IMG/VR virus record: IMGVR_UViG_3300022861_000081
DNA length: 64,000 nt
Origin: an uncultured virus (IMG/VR IMGVR_UViG_3300022861_000081)
Lineage: Duplodnaviria > Heunggongvirae > Uroviricota > Caudoviricetes
Strand: one strand, 5' to 3'
Positions 37,989-48,051 of the stretch are shown here, piece by piece (the stretch's first letter is position 1; each line of letters starts with the position of its first letter). The notes under the pieces are model-generated. The model was given only the letters and a program-made list of their open reading frames with translations. It made no database searches and was not told where the DNA came from. The position numbers and the translations under genes were made by a program.

Positions 37989-38722
37989 GTTGCATCTATC
38001 CGATGCACTGCAACTGCATTGCTACGATGTCCATCCTAGCCAGTTTCCCATTGTTGGTTGCATCTACGCGATGCACTCAAACTACCTTGCGACCGGAGAC
38101 TACGGTGTTGCCCACCCTGATCTAGTTGTTGCATCTGTTCGATGCACTTAAACTACCTTGCTACCCCACGCCCACGTTGCTTTGAAGCGGTTGCCGTTGT
38201 TGCATCTATCCGATGCACTAAGACTATCTTGCTACACGTTTGCAGATTACCGTTATCGCATCTGGGGCGTTGCATCTATGCGATGCACTTTGACTGCTTT
38301 GTTACCTGGCAGTACACGCATGCGTGACAGTTCGAACAGTTGCATCTACTCGATGCACTTCAACTGCTTTGCTACGAAGCGGATGTGCTATTCGCTGGGT
38401 ATCTTAATGGTTGCATCTACGCGATGCACTCAAACTGCCTTGCGACCAAATGCTGGAATTTGTGAATGCAGCTTTAAAACGTTGCATCTGTTCGATGCAC
38501 TTCAACTACCTTGCGACATTGACCGAAGGTCAAGCAACTCATGCTAAGTACGTTGCATCTACTCGATGCACTGAAACTACCTTGCGACCAGCGAGACAGG
38601 TTCATCACTGGCGAGTCGTTGAAGTTGCATCTACGCGATGCACTCAAACTACATTGCGACCAGTATTTCGACCGCATGAATCGCTTTGCCATGGTTGCAT
38701 CTGCTCGATGCACTTCAACTAC
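37989..38722 (-). CRISPR. CRISPR array 3: 11 repeats, 10 spacers
   Basis: Same repeat family, with almost every repeat a different variant; spacers 31-35 nt; rightmost repeat truncated to 29 nt and abutting a GC hairpin at 38723-38751. Confidence 0.95.
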
Positions 38723-38757
38723 TGGGAGTGCACCCGAGGGGTACACTCCCACTTTGT

Positions 38758-39315
38758 TTACCGCTTGGTCAACTCGGCAAGATTGGCCGCCACAAGCCGG
38801 ACAAACTCCTGCTCCGGCAGCTCGTTTTCCCGAGCGATCTGGGCAGCCAGGCTTTCCAGTTTGCCCATCGCATAGCCCACCATCGCGGGAGGAATCGGCG
38901 CAATTTCCAGCTGCTTCTTCACCACGACCGCGATCTCGCCTTGCGGCGCCACCACAGGAATCGGCTTCTTCTGGTAGCTTCTCTTTGCAACAGCGGGCTT
39001 CTTTGCAATAGCGGGCTTCTGCGCTTTGGCGCGCGCCAGCTTCTCGTGATAGGCCACAGTCGAAGGCGACGTACCATGGACATGATGCTGTATCCAGCGA
39101 TGTACCCCAAAGCCACGCGTGTCTTTGAAGTCAGCCCGGCCGCATTCTGGGCAAATCAATGTTGCCGGATCTGGTTTGGCTATTGGACTTGTCATTGTCA
39201 TCTCCTCGGTATCGATAATCGGTGCTTCCGTTTGTTCGTTTGTTTCAATCCGCGCGCCTAGGTGAGGCGCGATCTCTCCATCTTCTTCAAGAGGTGTATC
39301 TTGATGCGCTTCCAT
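38758..39315 (-). CDS. Hypothetical protein with C2H2-like zinc finger
   Basis: CPECGRADFKDTRGFGVHRWIQHH. Confidence 0.6.
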   Translation of the reverse strand: MEAHQDTPLEEDGEIAPHLGARIETNEQTEAPIIDTEEMTMTSPIAKPDPATLICPECGRADFKDTRGFGVHRWIQHHVHGTSPSTVAYHEKLARAKAQKPAIAKKPAVAKRSYQKKPIPVVAPQGEIAVVVKKQLEIAPIPPAMVGYAMGKLESLAAQIARENELPEQEFVRLVAANLAELTKR

Positions 39316-39407
39316 CCTATATCCTCGTGGAACAAAATTCGTTAGAAAAATACACCGTTTTTGCGTTATTCCGTACACAGACAATCAACAGACGTTTTTA
39401 CCGCTCG

Positions 39408-39782
39408 TTATGGCTCATCTGCCCACGGCGACAAGCCATATTTTTCCCACTTGGGGTCAAAGCGACAATTCGCCGGTGCACCTTCAAAAAGCGGCGCGAT
39501 CTGCTCATCGGAGAACCCGGCTAAGCCACAACCAATCCGCACCACGTGGAACTCCAAATCCGTGTGCGCCCGCGCATACTCCAGAAACATGTCAACACTG
39601 GCTTGAATGTCGATCAGTCGCCGCACTTTGTACGGAGTGATCTTTGTCGGAATCGCATAGGCATTGCCCGTGCGGCCTTCGCCCACACCAAACTTCGCGC
39701 CATATTCCCGCGCGGCAATCTTCGCCGTGCCTGCGCCATGTATTCCACGCTGATTCGATCCAAAACAAAAGATTTTATCCAT
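39408..39782 (-). CDS. Macro-domain-like phage protein
   Basis: IFCFGSNQRGIHGAGTA, AYAIPT, RIGCGLAG..IAPLF. Confidence 0.7.
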   Translation of the reverse strand: MDKIFCFGSNQRGIHGAGTAKIAAREYGAKFGVGEGRTGNAYAIPTKITPYKVRRLIDIQASVDMFLEYARAHTDLEFHVVRIGCGLAGFSDEQIAPLFEGAPANCRFDPKWEKYGLSPWADEP

Positions 39783-39791
39783 GGTGCCTTC

Positions 39792-40517
39792 TCAGCTTTC
39801 AAAAAGTCGCTTGAGCGCCGGACGCTCCTCGGCTGGTCGACGATCTCGGTCTGCTTCGTCCATAAAGTCTTTGGGAAGTTGAGCCGCATCAAGAGCGGTA
39901 AAAACCTTGGCCAAGCTCGGCTTATTCTCGCTCTCCAACCTCCGAAAAACCACGCGCCACACCCAGGTCTCCGGGGTTATCCCCGCACTTTCGTCCATCG
40001 CATCGTTGGACTTGATCTCACGCATGCGCTGCGCATGCACCTCTGTCACTTCGAGCGAAAGCTGCGATGCCCAACGGGGCATTGCAACAGAGCTGCGCCA
40101 CACGTTGTCCGATGCTCCGCACCCGCATTCTTCCGGCTTTTTGCTGGGGTGGTCAGACAAGAAGATGACGCGCTTGCGCCAGTAATCCAACAACACGGGG
40201 TCTTTTTCTACCTTCCATGAAACCGGCATTCTGTACTTTTCCAGCACTTGCGGATGCGGTTCCACACGCGCCCACACCTGCCGAACCCAAAGCAGATCAC
40301 CAGGGGCTCCGTACGGGCAACGCCACCTCTCTTCATCGGCGCTGTACCAGTGCAACGAAGTCGCAAAATCTTGAATTAAGGTTTCTCCCGGCGGTTGGGG
40401 ATAGATAGGCCTAGCCATTTGCGTGATCAAGCCACGCTTGATTTTATTGACGCTGCCCGAGGGAAACGTAACCGACCGCCAGCTAGGTTTTCGATTCCCA
40501 AAAAGTTGTTTTGTCAT
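39792..40517 (-). CDS. ASCH/PUA-like phage protein with VapB-like C-terminal tail
   Basis: CPYGAPGDLLWVRQ, WRSSVAMPRWAS, WVWRVVF, followed by an antitoxin-like tail. Confidence 0.6.
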   Translation of the reverse strand: MTKQLFGNRKPSWRSVTFPSGSVNKIKRGLITQMARPIYPQPPGETLIQDFATSLHWYSADEERWRCPYGAPGDLLWVRQVWARVEPHPQVLEKYRMPVSWKVEKDPVLLDYWRKRVIFLSDHPSKKPEECGCGASDNVWRSSVAMPRWASQLSLEVTEVHAQRMREIKSNDAMDESAGITPETWVWRVVFRRLESENKPSLAKVFTALDAAQLPKDFMDEADRDRRPAEERPALKRLFES

Positions 40518-40525
40518 CACTTTGC

Positions 40526-40870
40526 CTATCTTACCAAGTGGACGTAAACCTCCAGACCCTTCGCCCGAGCCGTCTTGATCATGTGCTCGGTACCGCGGCT
40601 TTTGCCGTCCCACAGCGCGATCAGCGCTTCGCCGTATTCTGCCATTTGCACATTGCGCAGGTATCCGGCCTGACCGCCGTTCCGTTCCCAATTGGCAGGG
40701 AAACTGACAACCGGAATTCCGCGACGTTGTGCCCACCAGTTGCCAAGCCGGTCAGCTCCGCGCGCTTCGCCGCATACCACTTCGGTGATCTTGAATCCAG
40801 ATTCGCGAATCGCATCATAAAGCAGCTGTATATCGGTCATCGTTCGGCTGCCAGCAATAATGGTTTTCAC
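40526..40870 (-). CDS. SLOG-superfamily (DUF2493/YspA-like) protein
   Basis: IIAGSR, VVCGEARGADRLG, AGYLRNVQMA, WDGKSRGTEHMI. Confidence 0.85.
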   Translation of the reverse strand: MKTIIAGSRTMTDIQLLYDAIRESGFKITEVVCGEARGADRLGNWWAQRRGIPVVSFPANWERNGGQAGYLRNVQMAEYGEALIALWDGKSRGTEHMIKTARAKGLEVYVHLVR

Positions 40871-41009
40871 AACGCACCTCTACTTGCCCCGGGCTTTCAC
40901 CTTTTCCTCAAGCCAGCGCGCAAAACGATCCGCAAAGTGCCAAGCGCCCAGAGCCAAGCAGCAGCTCACCACGGTAGCTCCAAAAAGCGCCCAAACGTCC
41001 CCCATGGCT

Positions 41010-41228
41010 TCAGTTCTCCTTGTTCTTGATCTCCCAAATATCCTCCACGGAAAGATGCAAAAAACGAGCCAATTTCAACGCGGTAGACAAGCTTACAGCA
41101 CCATTCAGCTCTAGTCGTTTCACCACGGATACAGCAATCCCCGACTGCTTTGCGACTTGATCCGCCGAAAGACCAGCTTCGTTGCGCAACGCGCGCAAAT
41201 CCACTCGCAGAACTACCTCTTCTTCCAT
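41010..41228 (-). CDS. XRE-family HTH regulator
   Basis: LRALRNEAGLSADQVAKQSGI..ALKLARFL..VEDIW. Confidence 0.8.
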   Translation of the reverse strand: MEEEVVLRVDLRALRNEAGLSADQVAKQSGIAVSVVKRLELNGAVSLSTALKLARFLHLSVEDIWEIKNKEN

Positions 41229-41381
41229 CTCTGTCCTCGGTCCGCAATTTTTGAGCGATTTCGATGCTCCCAAATTTTAATCGCTTTCCACAATACCCAT
41301 TTTGAACCGAAAAAACCACAAAAATCATAGAACATAGGATTTTCCCGCATTATGGGCGCAAATTAAAAGCGACAGAACATT

Positions 41382-41576
41382 TTAACTTTTCGGAGGTTTC
41401 ACTTGTGTCTGTTCCGGTTTTACACGTGGCCACGTCCGCCGATCTTCTCCCCCAGAATTCCAACGCCAACTTCTGCATTTGCGATTCCAGCATCGCTCAG
41501 GCAAAGGCTTTGCCTTGTCATACACTTCCTTCGCCCCGCAAACATCACACACCAAAATATCGCCATTGGTAATCAT
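41382..41576 (-). CDS. Small Zn-ribbon protein
   Basis: CDVCG..LPERCWNRKCRSWRWN. Confidence 0.65.
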   Translation of the reverse strand: MITNGDILVCDVCGAKEVYDKAKPLPERCWNRKCRSWRWNSGGEDRRTWPRVKPEQTQVKPPKS

Positions 41577-41670
41577 TTCATCACTTTACCCAATTGAGCA
41601 TTTTTTTGCCAACCATTCAGGAACGTTTGGCCTAAATATCAGGTACAATGTCCCCACAAGGAGGATACAG

Positions 41671-42288
41671 ATGCGTGTTGCAATTTACAGTTGCACCCCC
41701 ATAAAGGATGATCCACACATCGCCGAAAACCAGATTCAGCGCATGGAAGAGATGGTACTGCGCTATGGCTGGAGAACGACACACATCTACCGCGATCTAG
41801 TCACCTCCCCGGGCGCGGATCGCGATGCTTACAAGAAGATGCTGCTGGACGCGAAACAGCATCATTTTGATGCGCTCATCTTCTGGACGCTCAACCAGCT
41901 CACTCGTCAAAATGCCAACAATACCATATTGCTTCTGCACAAACTCTCTTGTTGGAATGTCGGATTCTGTTCTTATACAGAGCGGCACCTGGATTCCTGC
42001 CACACCTCAAGGGAGACAGTGTTCGCGATTATCGCCCTACTGGTTGAGCAAAACAGCGTTTACATCGGAGAAAAAACGCGCATTGGCATTGAGAAACAAC
42101 AGCAGATGCATACACCAGGCCCCAACGGACGATTCGGCCCCGGCAGGCCTCCGGCCGTCTTTGACCAAGAAAGGGCTCAGGAGCTTCGCGCAAGAGGGAA
42201 GTCGTATACCACCATCGCCACCGTTTGCGGCGTTTCAAAGGCAACGATTTCCAGGTACTTTAAAGAAGCGAGGGAACACTCAGTTTAG
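41671..42288 (+). CDS. Resolvase-family protein, catalytic motifs degenerate, with C-terminal HTH
   Basis: AAGGAGG RBS; MRVAIYSCT in place of YxRVS; NQLTR in place of DRLxR; GRP..IATVCGVSKATISRY. Confidence 0.75.
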   Translation: MRVAIYSCTPIKDDPHIAENQIQRMEEMVLRYGWRTTHIYRDLVTSPGADRDAYKKMLLDAKQHHFDALIFWTLNQLTRQNANNTILLLHKLSCWNVGFCSYTERHLDSCHTSRETVFAIIALLVEQNSVYIGEKTRIGIEKQQQMHTPGPNGRFGPGRPPAVFDQERAQELRARGKSYTTIATVCGVSKATISRYFKEAREHSV

Positions 42289-42672
42289 GGCTGGATTAAA
42301 GCGACTGGCGCAATGCTTTTCTGCCTCCTTGCATTCTTCAACCAGATGGCGATGGCCTTCTAACGCTTCTTCCTTCGAGGTATACCGCCGCTGTTCTCCG
42401 TTGAGAGGACCACCAAACACCATCGTTTCCCAAAGCACCGGCTCGTGAAGGAGCGGATCTTGCAGACAAAATGAGAGGAACCTTTCGTCCAAACCGAGGA
42501 AGATAGTTGAGACTTTCCCCCAACTGAAGTTGGTGGTTGCCAAATGGCGATCATGGGCTTCGAGCCATTCGGCCCATTTCAGCACATCGTGCTCGGGCAC
42601 CGGATTGCCTTCGTCGTTCAAAACATACGAGCCAATCCACGGATGTTCAGATTCGTCCTCAGTACCCATCAT
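42280..42672 (-). CDS. Hypothetical phage protein
   Basis: VSTIFLGLD..LWETMVFGG..RYTS..ALEGH. Confidence 0.65.
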   Translation of the reverse strand: MMGTEDESEHPWIGSYVLNDEGNPVPEHDVLKWAEWLEAHDRHLATTNFSWGKVSTIFLGLDERFLSFCLQDPLLHEPVLWETMVFGGPLNGEQRRYTSKEEALEGHRHLVEECKEAEKHCASRFNPALN

Positions 42673-43895
42673 GCCTCCTCTACCGCATCCTTATGCTCTT
42701 GGCAAACATAGATTCCGGGGGCGATCCGTTGAATCACGCCATCTCTATTCAAAGTCGACAACAGCGCGTACACATATTGTTTGGCATTTGCACGTTTTGC
42801 TGCTGGCAGCGCTTGGACAACCTCGGCATTGCTCCACTTGCGGCCAGGGTTTTCTTTAATCACCTTCAGCACATCCTCGCGATGGCACGCTGTTGGAGAG
42901 TTGAGGGAAGACCTGTGATATTGGCGTTTCTCTTCCCCCTCATGATGCTTATGCGCAGTGTGTGCAGGGGCCCGCAAGATGGATTCAACACTTGAGCTTT
43001 GTTCCGCCACCAGCGCACAGGCTGCAATCACTTCATCCAACTGGTGCAAATATTCGCGCTGCTGCTCACCTAAAAACTCTTCTTTGTCCAGCTTGTCTTG
43101 AAGGACGGCGAGCTGGCCTCTCAAATCAGTTTGTCGGGCGGTAGATTGGTCCAACGTAAAAACGACGCTCGTCTTTGCCGTGCGCAATTGGTCGACCATC
43201 GAACGTAAATGACCATCGAAAGGCGTCGATTGCTCCAACCATTTGAGGCTCTGAGGTAACGCAGCAACAGATTGTGGCGTCTCTTCTTGGCCGGGGTGCT
43301 CTTCCACCACCTTTTCATTGGGATCTAAAACCAAAACCTTTGGAGTTTCTGGCGGCCGAATCGGTGTCACCGTGGCAACCAAGCTGAGTTTAGGTGCATC
43401 TACTTCAGCAGGTGCCTCGATCTCAGGAATAATAGGAATTTCGGCTACAGGTTCAGGTGCCGGGGCCTGTTGTGGCAGCGCTTCCGGCGCAACAGCAACA
43501 GGGGTTTCAACCTTCGTTTCTTCAACTTTTGGCTCTTCAATCTTTACTTCTTCGGCCTTTGGCTCTTCAATCTTTGGTTCTTCCGCCTTGGGTTCCGGCA
43601 AAGGAGGTTCAGACTTTTCTACCAATTCCGGTGAAACAGGGTACACATGAACAGAAAATGCATTTTTTCTACTGGGCGGCGTCACATACCGAGGCGCGGA
43701 AGGCTCTTTTGTGAAAGGCGTACCGGCAATCGCCTGATATGGATTCTTGAAAACAGTGGAAATAGGTTTCTTCTTTGGAGATCGTCTAGCAGACTTTATC
43801 GCAGATGCAATCAATACCTCTGTCTTTCGGTGGAGTTGATCGCTCGGGGATACTAGAACGGCTGCCAACTTGTCACGCATCAATGGATTTCTCAT
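42669..43895 (-). CDS. Hypothetical protein with Pro/Glu-rich repeats, coiled coil and C-terminal wHTH-like region
   Basis: EEPK(I/A/V) repeats; GGAGG RBS. Confidence 0.6.
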   Translation of the reverse strand: MRNPLMRDKLAAVLVSPSDQLHRKTEVLIASAIKSARRSPKKKPISTVFKNPYQAIAGTPFTKEPSAPRYVTPPSRKNAFSVHVYPVSPELVEKSEPPLPEPKAEEPKIEEPKAEEVKIEEPKVEETKVETPVAVAPEALPQQAPAPEPVAEIPIIPEIEAPAEVDAPKLSLVATVTPIRPPETPKVLVLDPNEKVVEEHPGQEETPQSVAALPQSLKWLEQSTPFDGHLRSMVDQLRTAKTSVVFTLDQSTARQTDLRGQLAVLQDKLDKEEFLGEQQREYLHQLDEVIAACALVAEQSSSVESILRAPAHTAHKHHEGEEKRQYHRSSLNSPTACHREDVLKVIKENPGRKWSNAEVVQALPAAKRANAKQYVYALLSTLNRDGVIQRIAPGIYVCQEHKDAVEEA

Positions 43896-44070
43896 TCGTT
43901 TCCTCCAGGGCATTACAGGTCATTACTGCACAGTCCAAAAAGGGTTGTCGAAGACACTCTATGATAAAGAGCCCCCTTTGTCCAACAAAAACCTACGCGC
44001 ATCCTTTCAGTAAACAGTAAGCGGCCAACAGTTTCAACTGTCAGCTACTTACTGCTCACTGCGGGCGTGC

Positions 44071-45006
44071 TCACATCGTCGCTTCAAACTTCGGCTCGGA
44101 CCACGCCTCAACGTACGCGGCGGTTTCCGGGTCCAGTTCACGCGTCAGGGTGCGCGAAAAAGTCATAAAGTCTTGCAGCGGAGTCAGCGTCACGATCAAA
44201 AAGGGATCAATTGCCAGCTGTTCCACGTAAAACATGGCTTCCGGCAGCTCGCGCTTGATCTCGATAGCCTTTTGCAGCGCAAACTCCGGCACCGGCTGGC
44301 GATAGTCCTTCAAAGGCGTAATCCGCCATGTCGGGTCGAACATCTTGCCAGAGGTGCTGTAGTGCTGAGCCATCTGCTTCTTGTACGCAGAAACGCCCTT
44401 TTCTTCGAGCACTTGAATTTCCAGCTTGGCCAGCACCCGCTTCAGCGTGCCAGGCGTACGCAGCTCCTGGCGCAGCGGAGTGTAGCCCAACAGCGCTTCA
44501 GCTTCGGTTGCCAGCTTTTGCCGTGGATCGGTCAAGTCCAAATTCTGAACTTCCACCGGCACCCGCTGCAGCATCTCCCGGCTCGGCTCATCCACCACTT
44601 CGAGCGCCGGAGTCATAGCATTTGCCGCTTCACCCCCATTGAAACCGTACACACCTGTATAAGAACCGATGCTGTTGTTGTACAAGTAGCTGTACTCGTA
44701 CTGGATGGGCATTGTCTGTGGTTCCGCAAAGCTTACCGACGCACCGGTTCCTTGGCCACTGCGTGAAAGGTCCGTAACCCATGGCCACTGAGCCGGAGTT
44801 GCCGGCCAGATCGCATTGTTCTGCCGCAGCGCTGCAAGCTCTGTCTGCAGGGTCGGCAGGGATGGCAGGGATCGAACGCCAGTCAGCCGATAGGCTTCTT
44901 CTTCCGTCGGCGCAACCATAATGTCTGTCGATGCACTAGAATGGCCCGTCAACCGATCGATGGTGCGCTGACGTGCTCCTGAAAATACAGTCGCAAAATT
45001 TGGCAT
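44071..45006 (-). CDS. Hypothetical protein
   Basis: GAGGAG RBS; 311 aa. Confidence 0.6.
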   Translation of the reverse strand: MPNFATVFSGARQRTIDRLTGHSSASTDIMVAPTEEEAYRLTGVRSLPSLPTLQTELAALRQNNAIWPATPAQWPWVTDLSRSGQGTGASVSFAEPQTMPIQYEYSYLYNNSIGSYTGVYGFNGGEAANAMTPALEVVDEPSREMLQRVPVEVQNLDLTDPRQKLATEAEALLGYTPLRQELRTPGTLKRVLAKLEIQVLEEKGVSAYKKQMAQHYSTSGKMFDPTWRITPLKDYRQPVPEFALQKAIEIKRELPEAMFYVEQLAIDPFLIVTLTPLQDFMTFSRTLTRELDPETAAYVEAWSEPKFEATM

Positions 45007-45044
45007 TATCTTCTCCTCGATGGAATTTGGTTTCCTGTGCGTTA

Positions 45045-45281
45045 CTAAGGTGCCAATACTTCTGGTTTGGCACCAGCCATAAATCGATCCAAGAGTTTGT
45101 GCGCGCAAGCCTGCCCACACACATGCTCGGTTTCGTCTTCGTCGAGCCGGTGCTCCTGCACCGCCCTTTCCCACGTTTGCAAGTGGAAGCCGACGGGCGT
45201 CGACACAAGAACAAACCAATGGTTGGCGTCCTTGTGCTCAACCCCACAGCAGCTGCACGCGTAAACTTTTTTGAGCGTCAT
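45045..45281 (-). CDS. Small Zn-binding protein
   Basis: CSCCG..HWF..HVCGQAC. Confidence 0.6.
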   Translation of the reverse strand: MTLKKVYACSCCGVEHKDANHWFVLVSTPVGFHLQTWERAVQEHRLDEDETEHVCGQACAHKLLDRFMAGAKPEVLAP

Positions 45282-45493
45282 CCGTTACTTCCTCTTAGGT
45301 GGAACAAGCAGCGCACGAGCCAAAACAAGAGTTACCACCAACAGCGATAATTCCAATCCCATTCCCACCTAACTTCCCACTAGAGCATTTTTCCAATTGG
45401 TGTAGAGCGAAAGCAGGATGCCGAGTGGATTTTTCCTTAAGAAAAAGCCACCTTGCACGCCACTCAACACTGCACGTGTATTGGAAAAATGCT

Positions 45494-46336
45494 CTAACTC
45501 ATTACATCGTTGTCAATCAATCGAGCCAGCCAATTAAGCCCTTTTCCTGTAACTAGCACCTGCGAATACAAGTGTTCAAATCCACCCTCAAAATAAGTCT
45601 TTTCCTTTACCACAAAATAGCCCAACTCGATGTAGCGCTGGTACGGCAGGTTATCAGTAATGAAAATTTGTTTTAACCGCAAAAGGACAAACAGCCGGGT
45701 GCGTCCCGTCTGCAAAATCTTGGCGGCTTCCAGCATGGTGTGCAAACCATCGGCTGTGGCAATCCGGTCTGCAATTTGCGCTTTGGGAGCCATGATCGCC
45801 TTTTGCTTTTCAAGCGCTTCAATCTCCCGCTCGCGCTGTTGCCGCAGCTGGTACTCGGCCGCGTACTGGCGATAGCGCTCTGCCAGCGCCAATGCCGCAG
45901 TGCCCGGATCGGTCAAGTCAACCAACGCCGGACCGGCCAACTGGGTTTCCAACTCCTGCCACCGGTCAATGATCCTGGCGCGCAAATCCACCCGGTAGCC
46001 AGAGATCAACACCAGCGTCTCTCGCTTCGGCAACTGGATTTCAGCGATAGAACCCAGGTTATCCACGTAGACGTTAACCCCTTTGTTCTCAATAGCTCGT
46101 TTTTGAGCTATTGAATCTAAAGAGTTTGCAGCACCCTTTTCTTCAAAGCTCAAGGTCGAAGGATCGATTCCTGGCCGGGGATAAAGGTCGCACAACATCG
46201 CACGAATATCGCGCAGCACATTCCTGTGTTCTTTCCCAGTCAGCGCCGCAATCTCGCGGCTACTCATTCTCACTGGAACCTGCGGCGGAATTTGCGCATT
46301 GCGTGCGTCAGAAAACAAGCTTAAGGTTGTGCCCAC
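45494..46336 (-). CDS. Rha-family regulator fused to antirepressor (Ant/KilAC) domain
   Basis: MSSREIAALTGKEHRNVLRDIR, SGYRVDLRARIIDRWQELE, PYQRYIELGYF..VTGKG. Confidence 0.9.
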   Translation of the reverse strand: MGTTLSLFSDARNAQIPPQVPVRMSSREIAALTGKEHRNVLRDIRAMLCDLYPRPGIDPSTLSFEEKGAANSLDSIAQKRAIENKGVNVYVDNLGSIAEIQLPKRETLVLISGYRVDLRARIIDRWQELETQLAGPALVDLTDPGTAALALAERYRQYAAEYQLRQQREREIEALEKQKAIMAPKAQIADRIATADGLHTMLEAAKILQTGRTRLFVLLRLKQIFITDNLPYQRYIELGYFVVKEKTYFEGGFEHLYSQVLVTGKGLNWLARLIDNDVMS

Positions 46337-46483
46337 GTATCACCTCCATCCAGAGATTGGAAAAGTGGGGAGATTGCTGTATAGAAGCAATCTCCCCCCC
46401 CTCAAAGCCGTCCCTGCGGATCAAACTGCAATCCGTTCCCTTCGGCAGCGGGAGATGCAGAACGGCCAACTCGTGCGACGGCT

Positions 46484-47242
46484 TTAGCGAATCGCATCCA
46501 GATCTGCGTTCAACGCTGCCGCATCAAACCCAGAAGGAGCTTTGCCGGTCGTCAGCCAATCGGCGCCGATCAGCGCGTACGTCTCGTCGCAATACTTATC
46601 CCAAAATGCCTTGGTCATCTGCAGCGGGCCACCCCAGGTAATGCAGGTGAAACTCTCGGCATCGTACTTCGGCACAAAGACGCAGTGGCCGCCCCAACTT
46701 CCCGGTTCGGCATTTTCGCCCGTTTGGCTGGTCACATCCCACACCGTCTGGTTCTGCGCCGTCACCGGCAGGTTCAATCCGATGTACACGCCGCCAAACA
46801 AAAAAATGGCTTGCTGAATCTCGGTCAGGTTTTGGAAGTCGGCAGAGGCAAAGGCACCCAGGGCATGGCCACCCAAGCCGTACTTGCGCCACTTGGTCAG
46901 CACATCCAGTTCTACGCCGCCATTGTCCGTTGTGGAGTCTCCCGGCACATAGCCGTCCCAACTTTCGTAGGCGCTTTCAATCACCGAATCGGCAATCGTG
47001 ATCATGCTGGTGGTGTTGGCAGACCACACCTGCACGGCATGGCCACAGCCGGCAATCGTGCAATCGCCCAACGTGTCGTTGAGCATCATGCCCCATTGCG
47101 CTGTGCCCTTGGTCCAGTCCGCGCTTGCGGGCGGTGTGGGCAATGCCGGAGTCAGATACTTTGCGAACTTCAGCGTCCGCGTATCTGTTTTGATCGCCTT
47201 GCGCCCAAGTCGCTTTCCAAACAACTCCTGCTTTCTGCTCAT
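46484..47242 (-). CDS. Papain-like cysteine peptidase
   Basis: NDTLGDCTIAG (Cys), WGGHCV (His), ITWG. Confidence 0.7.
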   Translation of the reverse strand: MSRKQELFGKRLGRKAIKTDTRTLKFAKYLTPALPTPPASADWTKGTAQWGMMLNDTLGDCTIAGCGHAVQVWSANTTSMITIADSVIESAYESWDGYVPGDSTTDNGGVELDVLTKWRKYGLGGHALGAFASADFQNLTEIQQAIFLFGGVYIGLNLPVTAQNQTVWDVTSQTGENAEPGSWGGHCVFVPKYDAESFTCITWGGPLQMTKAFWDKYCDETYALIGADWLTTGKAPSGFDAAALNADLDAIR

Positions 47243-48051
47243 GCCGCTTCCTCGCTCGCGCTGCCTTCCCCGCAGCAAACCTTTAAAATCTCGCCCATTT
47301 CTTGGATGTGCGCCGCAAATAACGTGCGCAGCGCTTCCAGCTCTTCCACGCTGTGCGCTTCCGTCACCGCGCGCGTCAACCGTGGAATCGACTCGGCCAT
47401 GAAGCCCACCAGCGTCGGCTTGTCGTGGTATTCGGCAATCATCAGCTCCAGCGCGTAGCCAGGGTCGTCGATGCCGTGCTCATGCTGCCATTCTTCAAGA
47501 CCACTCTCGATGAACTCGCGTTGCGACTGTCTCACACTCCATTTCACCGAGGTGTTTCTGTCTTTGGGCGGCGTATTCTCGGCCAAAGACACATACTTTC
47601 CTACTTCGCTTTGGAACTCTCGCGCCTGCATGGTGGCGGCTGCATTCAGCAAAGCAGGGTCCGCGCGCATCGTAGATGGTGCCTTCGCCAATTCCTCTGC
47701 GTTCTCAATCGACATCGAAAGGAATTGCTCTTTGCTGAGCATCTGTAACCGTTCCGCCAAATCCACCATCATGTACCAGGTTGAGCGGCCAATGCCTTTG
47801 CTGGCGCGGTAGCTCTTTTCGTCCGGATAGCCCAACCGCTCCCAGCCGTTGTAGCGTTTGATGAAGTAGCCCTCCCAGCCAATCAGCATTGACCGCTTGT
47901 TCAGCGCTACCCACGATTCGGTAATTGCTCGATCACTCTCGTGAAGCCGTTCATCGAGGCTTTTCACCGGAGCAATCCCATCTGTATTCACGAGCATCAG
48001 AGCGTGCTCGTTCGCTTGAAACGCTTCTGTACCCATGCCGATTCTCCTCAA
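47239..48051 (-). CDS. Hypothetical protein
   Basis: 270-aa ORF coupled in the operon. Confidence 0.55.
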   Translation of the reverse strand: MRRIGMGTEAFQANEHALMLVNTDGIAPVKSLDERLHESDRAITESWVALNKRSMLIGWEGYFIKRYNGWERLGYPDEKSYRASKGIGRSTWYMMVDLAERLQMLSKEQFLSMSIENAEELAKAPSTMRADPALLNAAATMQAREFQSEVGKYVSLAENTPPKDRNTSVKWSVRQSQREFIESGLEEWQHEHGIDDPGYALELMIAEYHDKPTLVGFMAESIPRLTRAVTEAHSVEELEALRTLFAAHIQEMGEILKVCCGEGSASEEAA

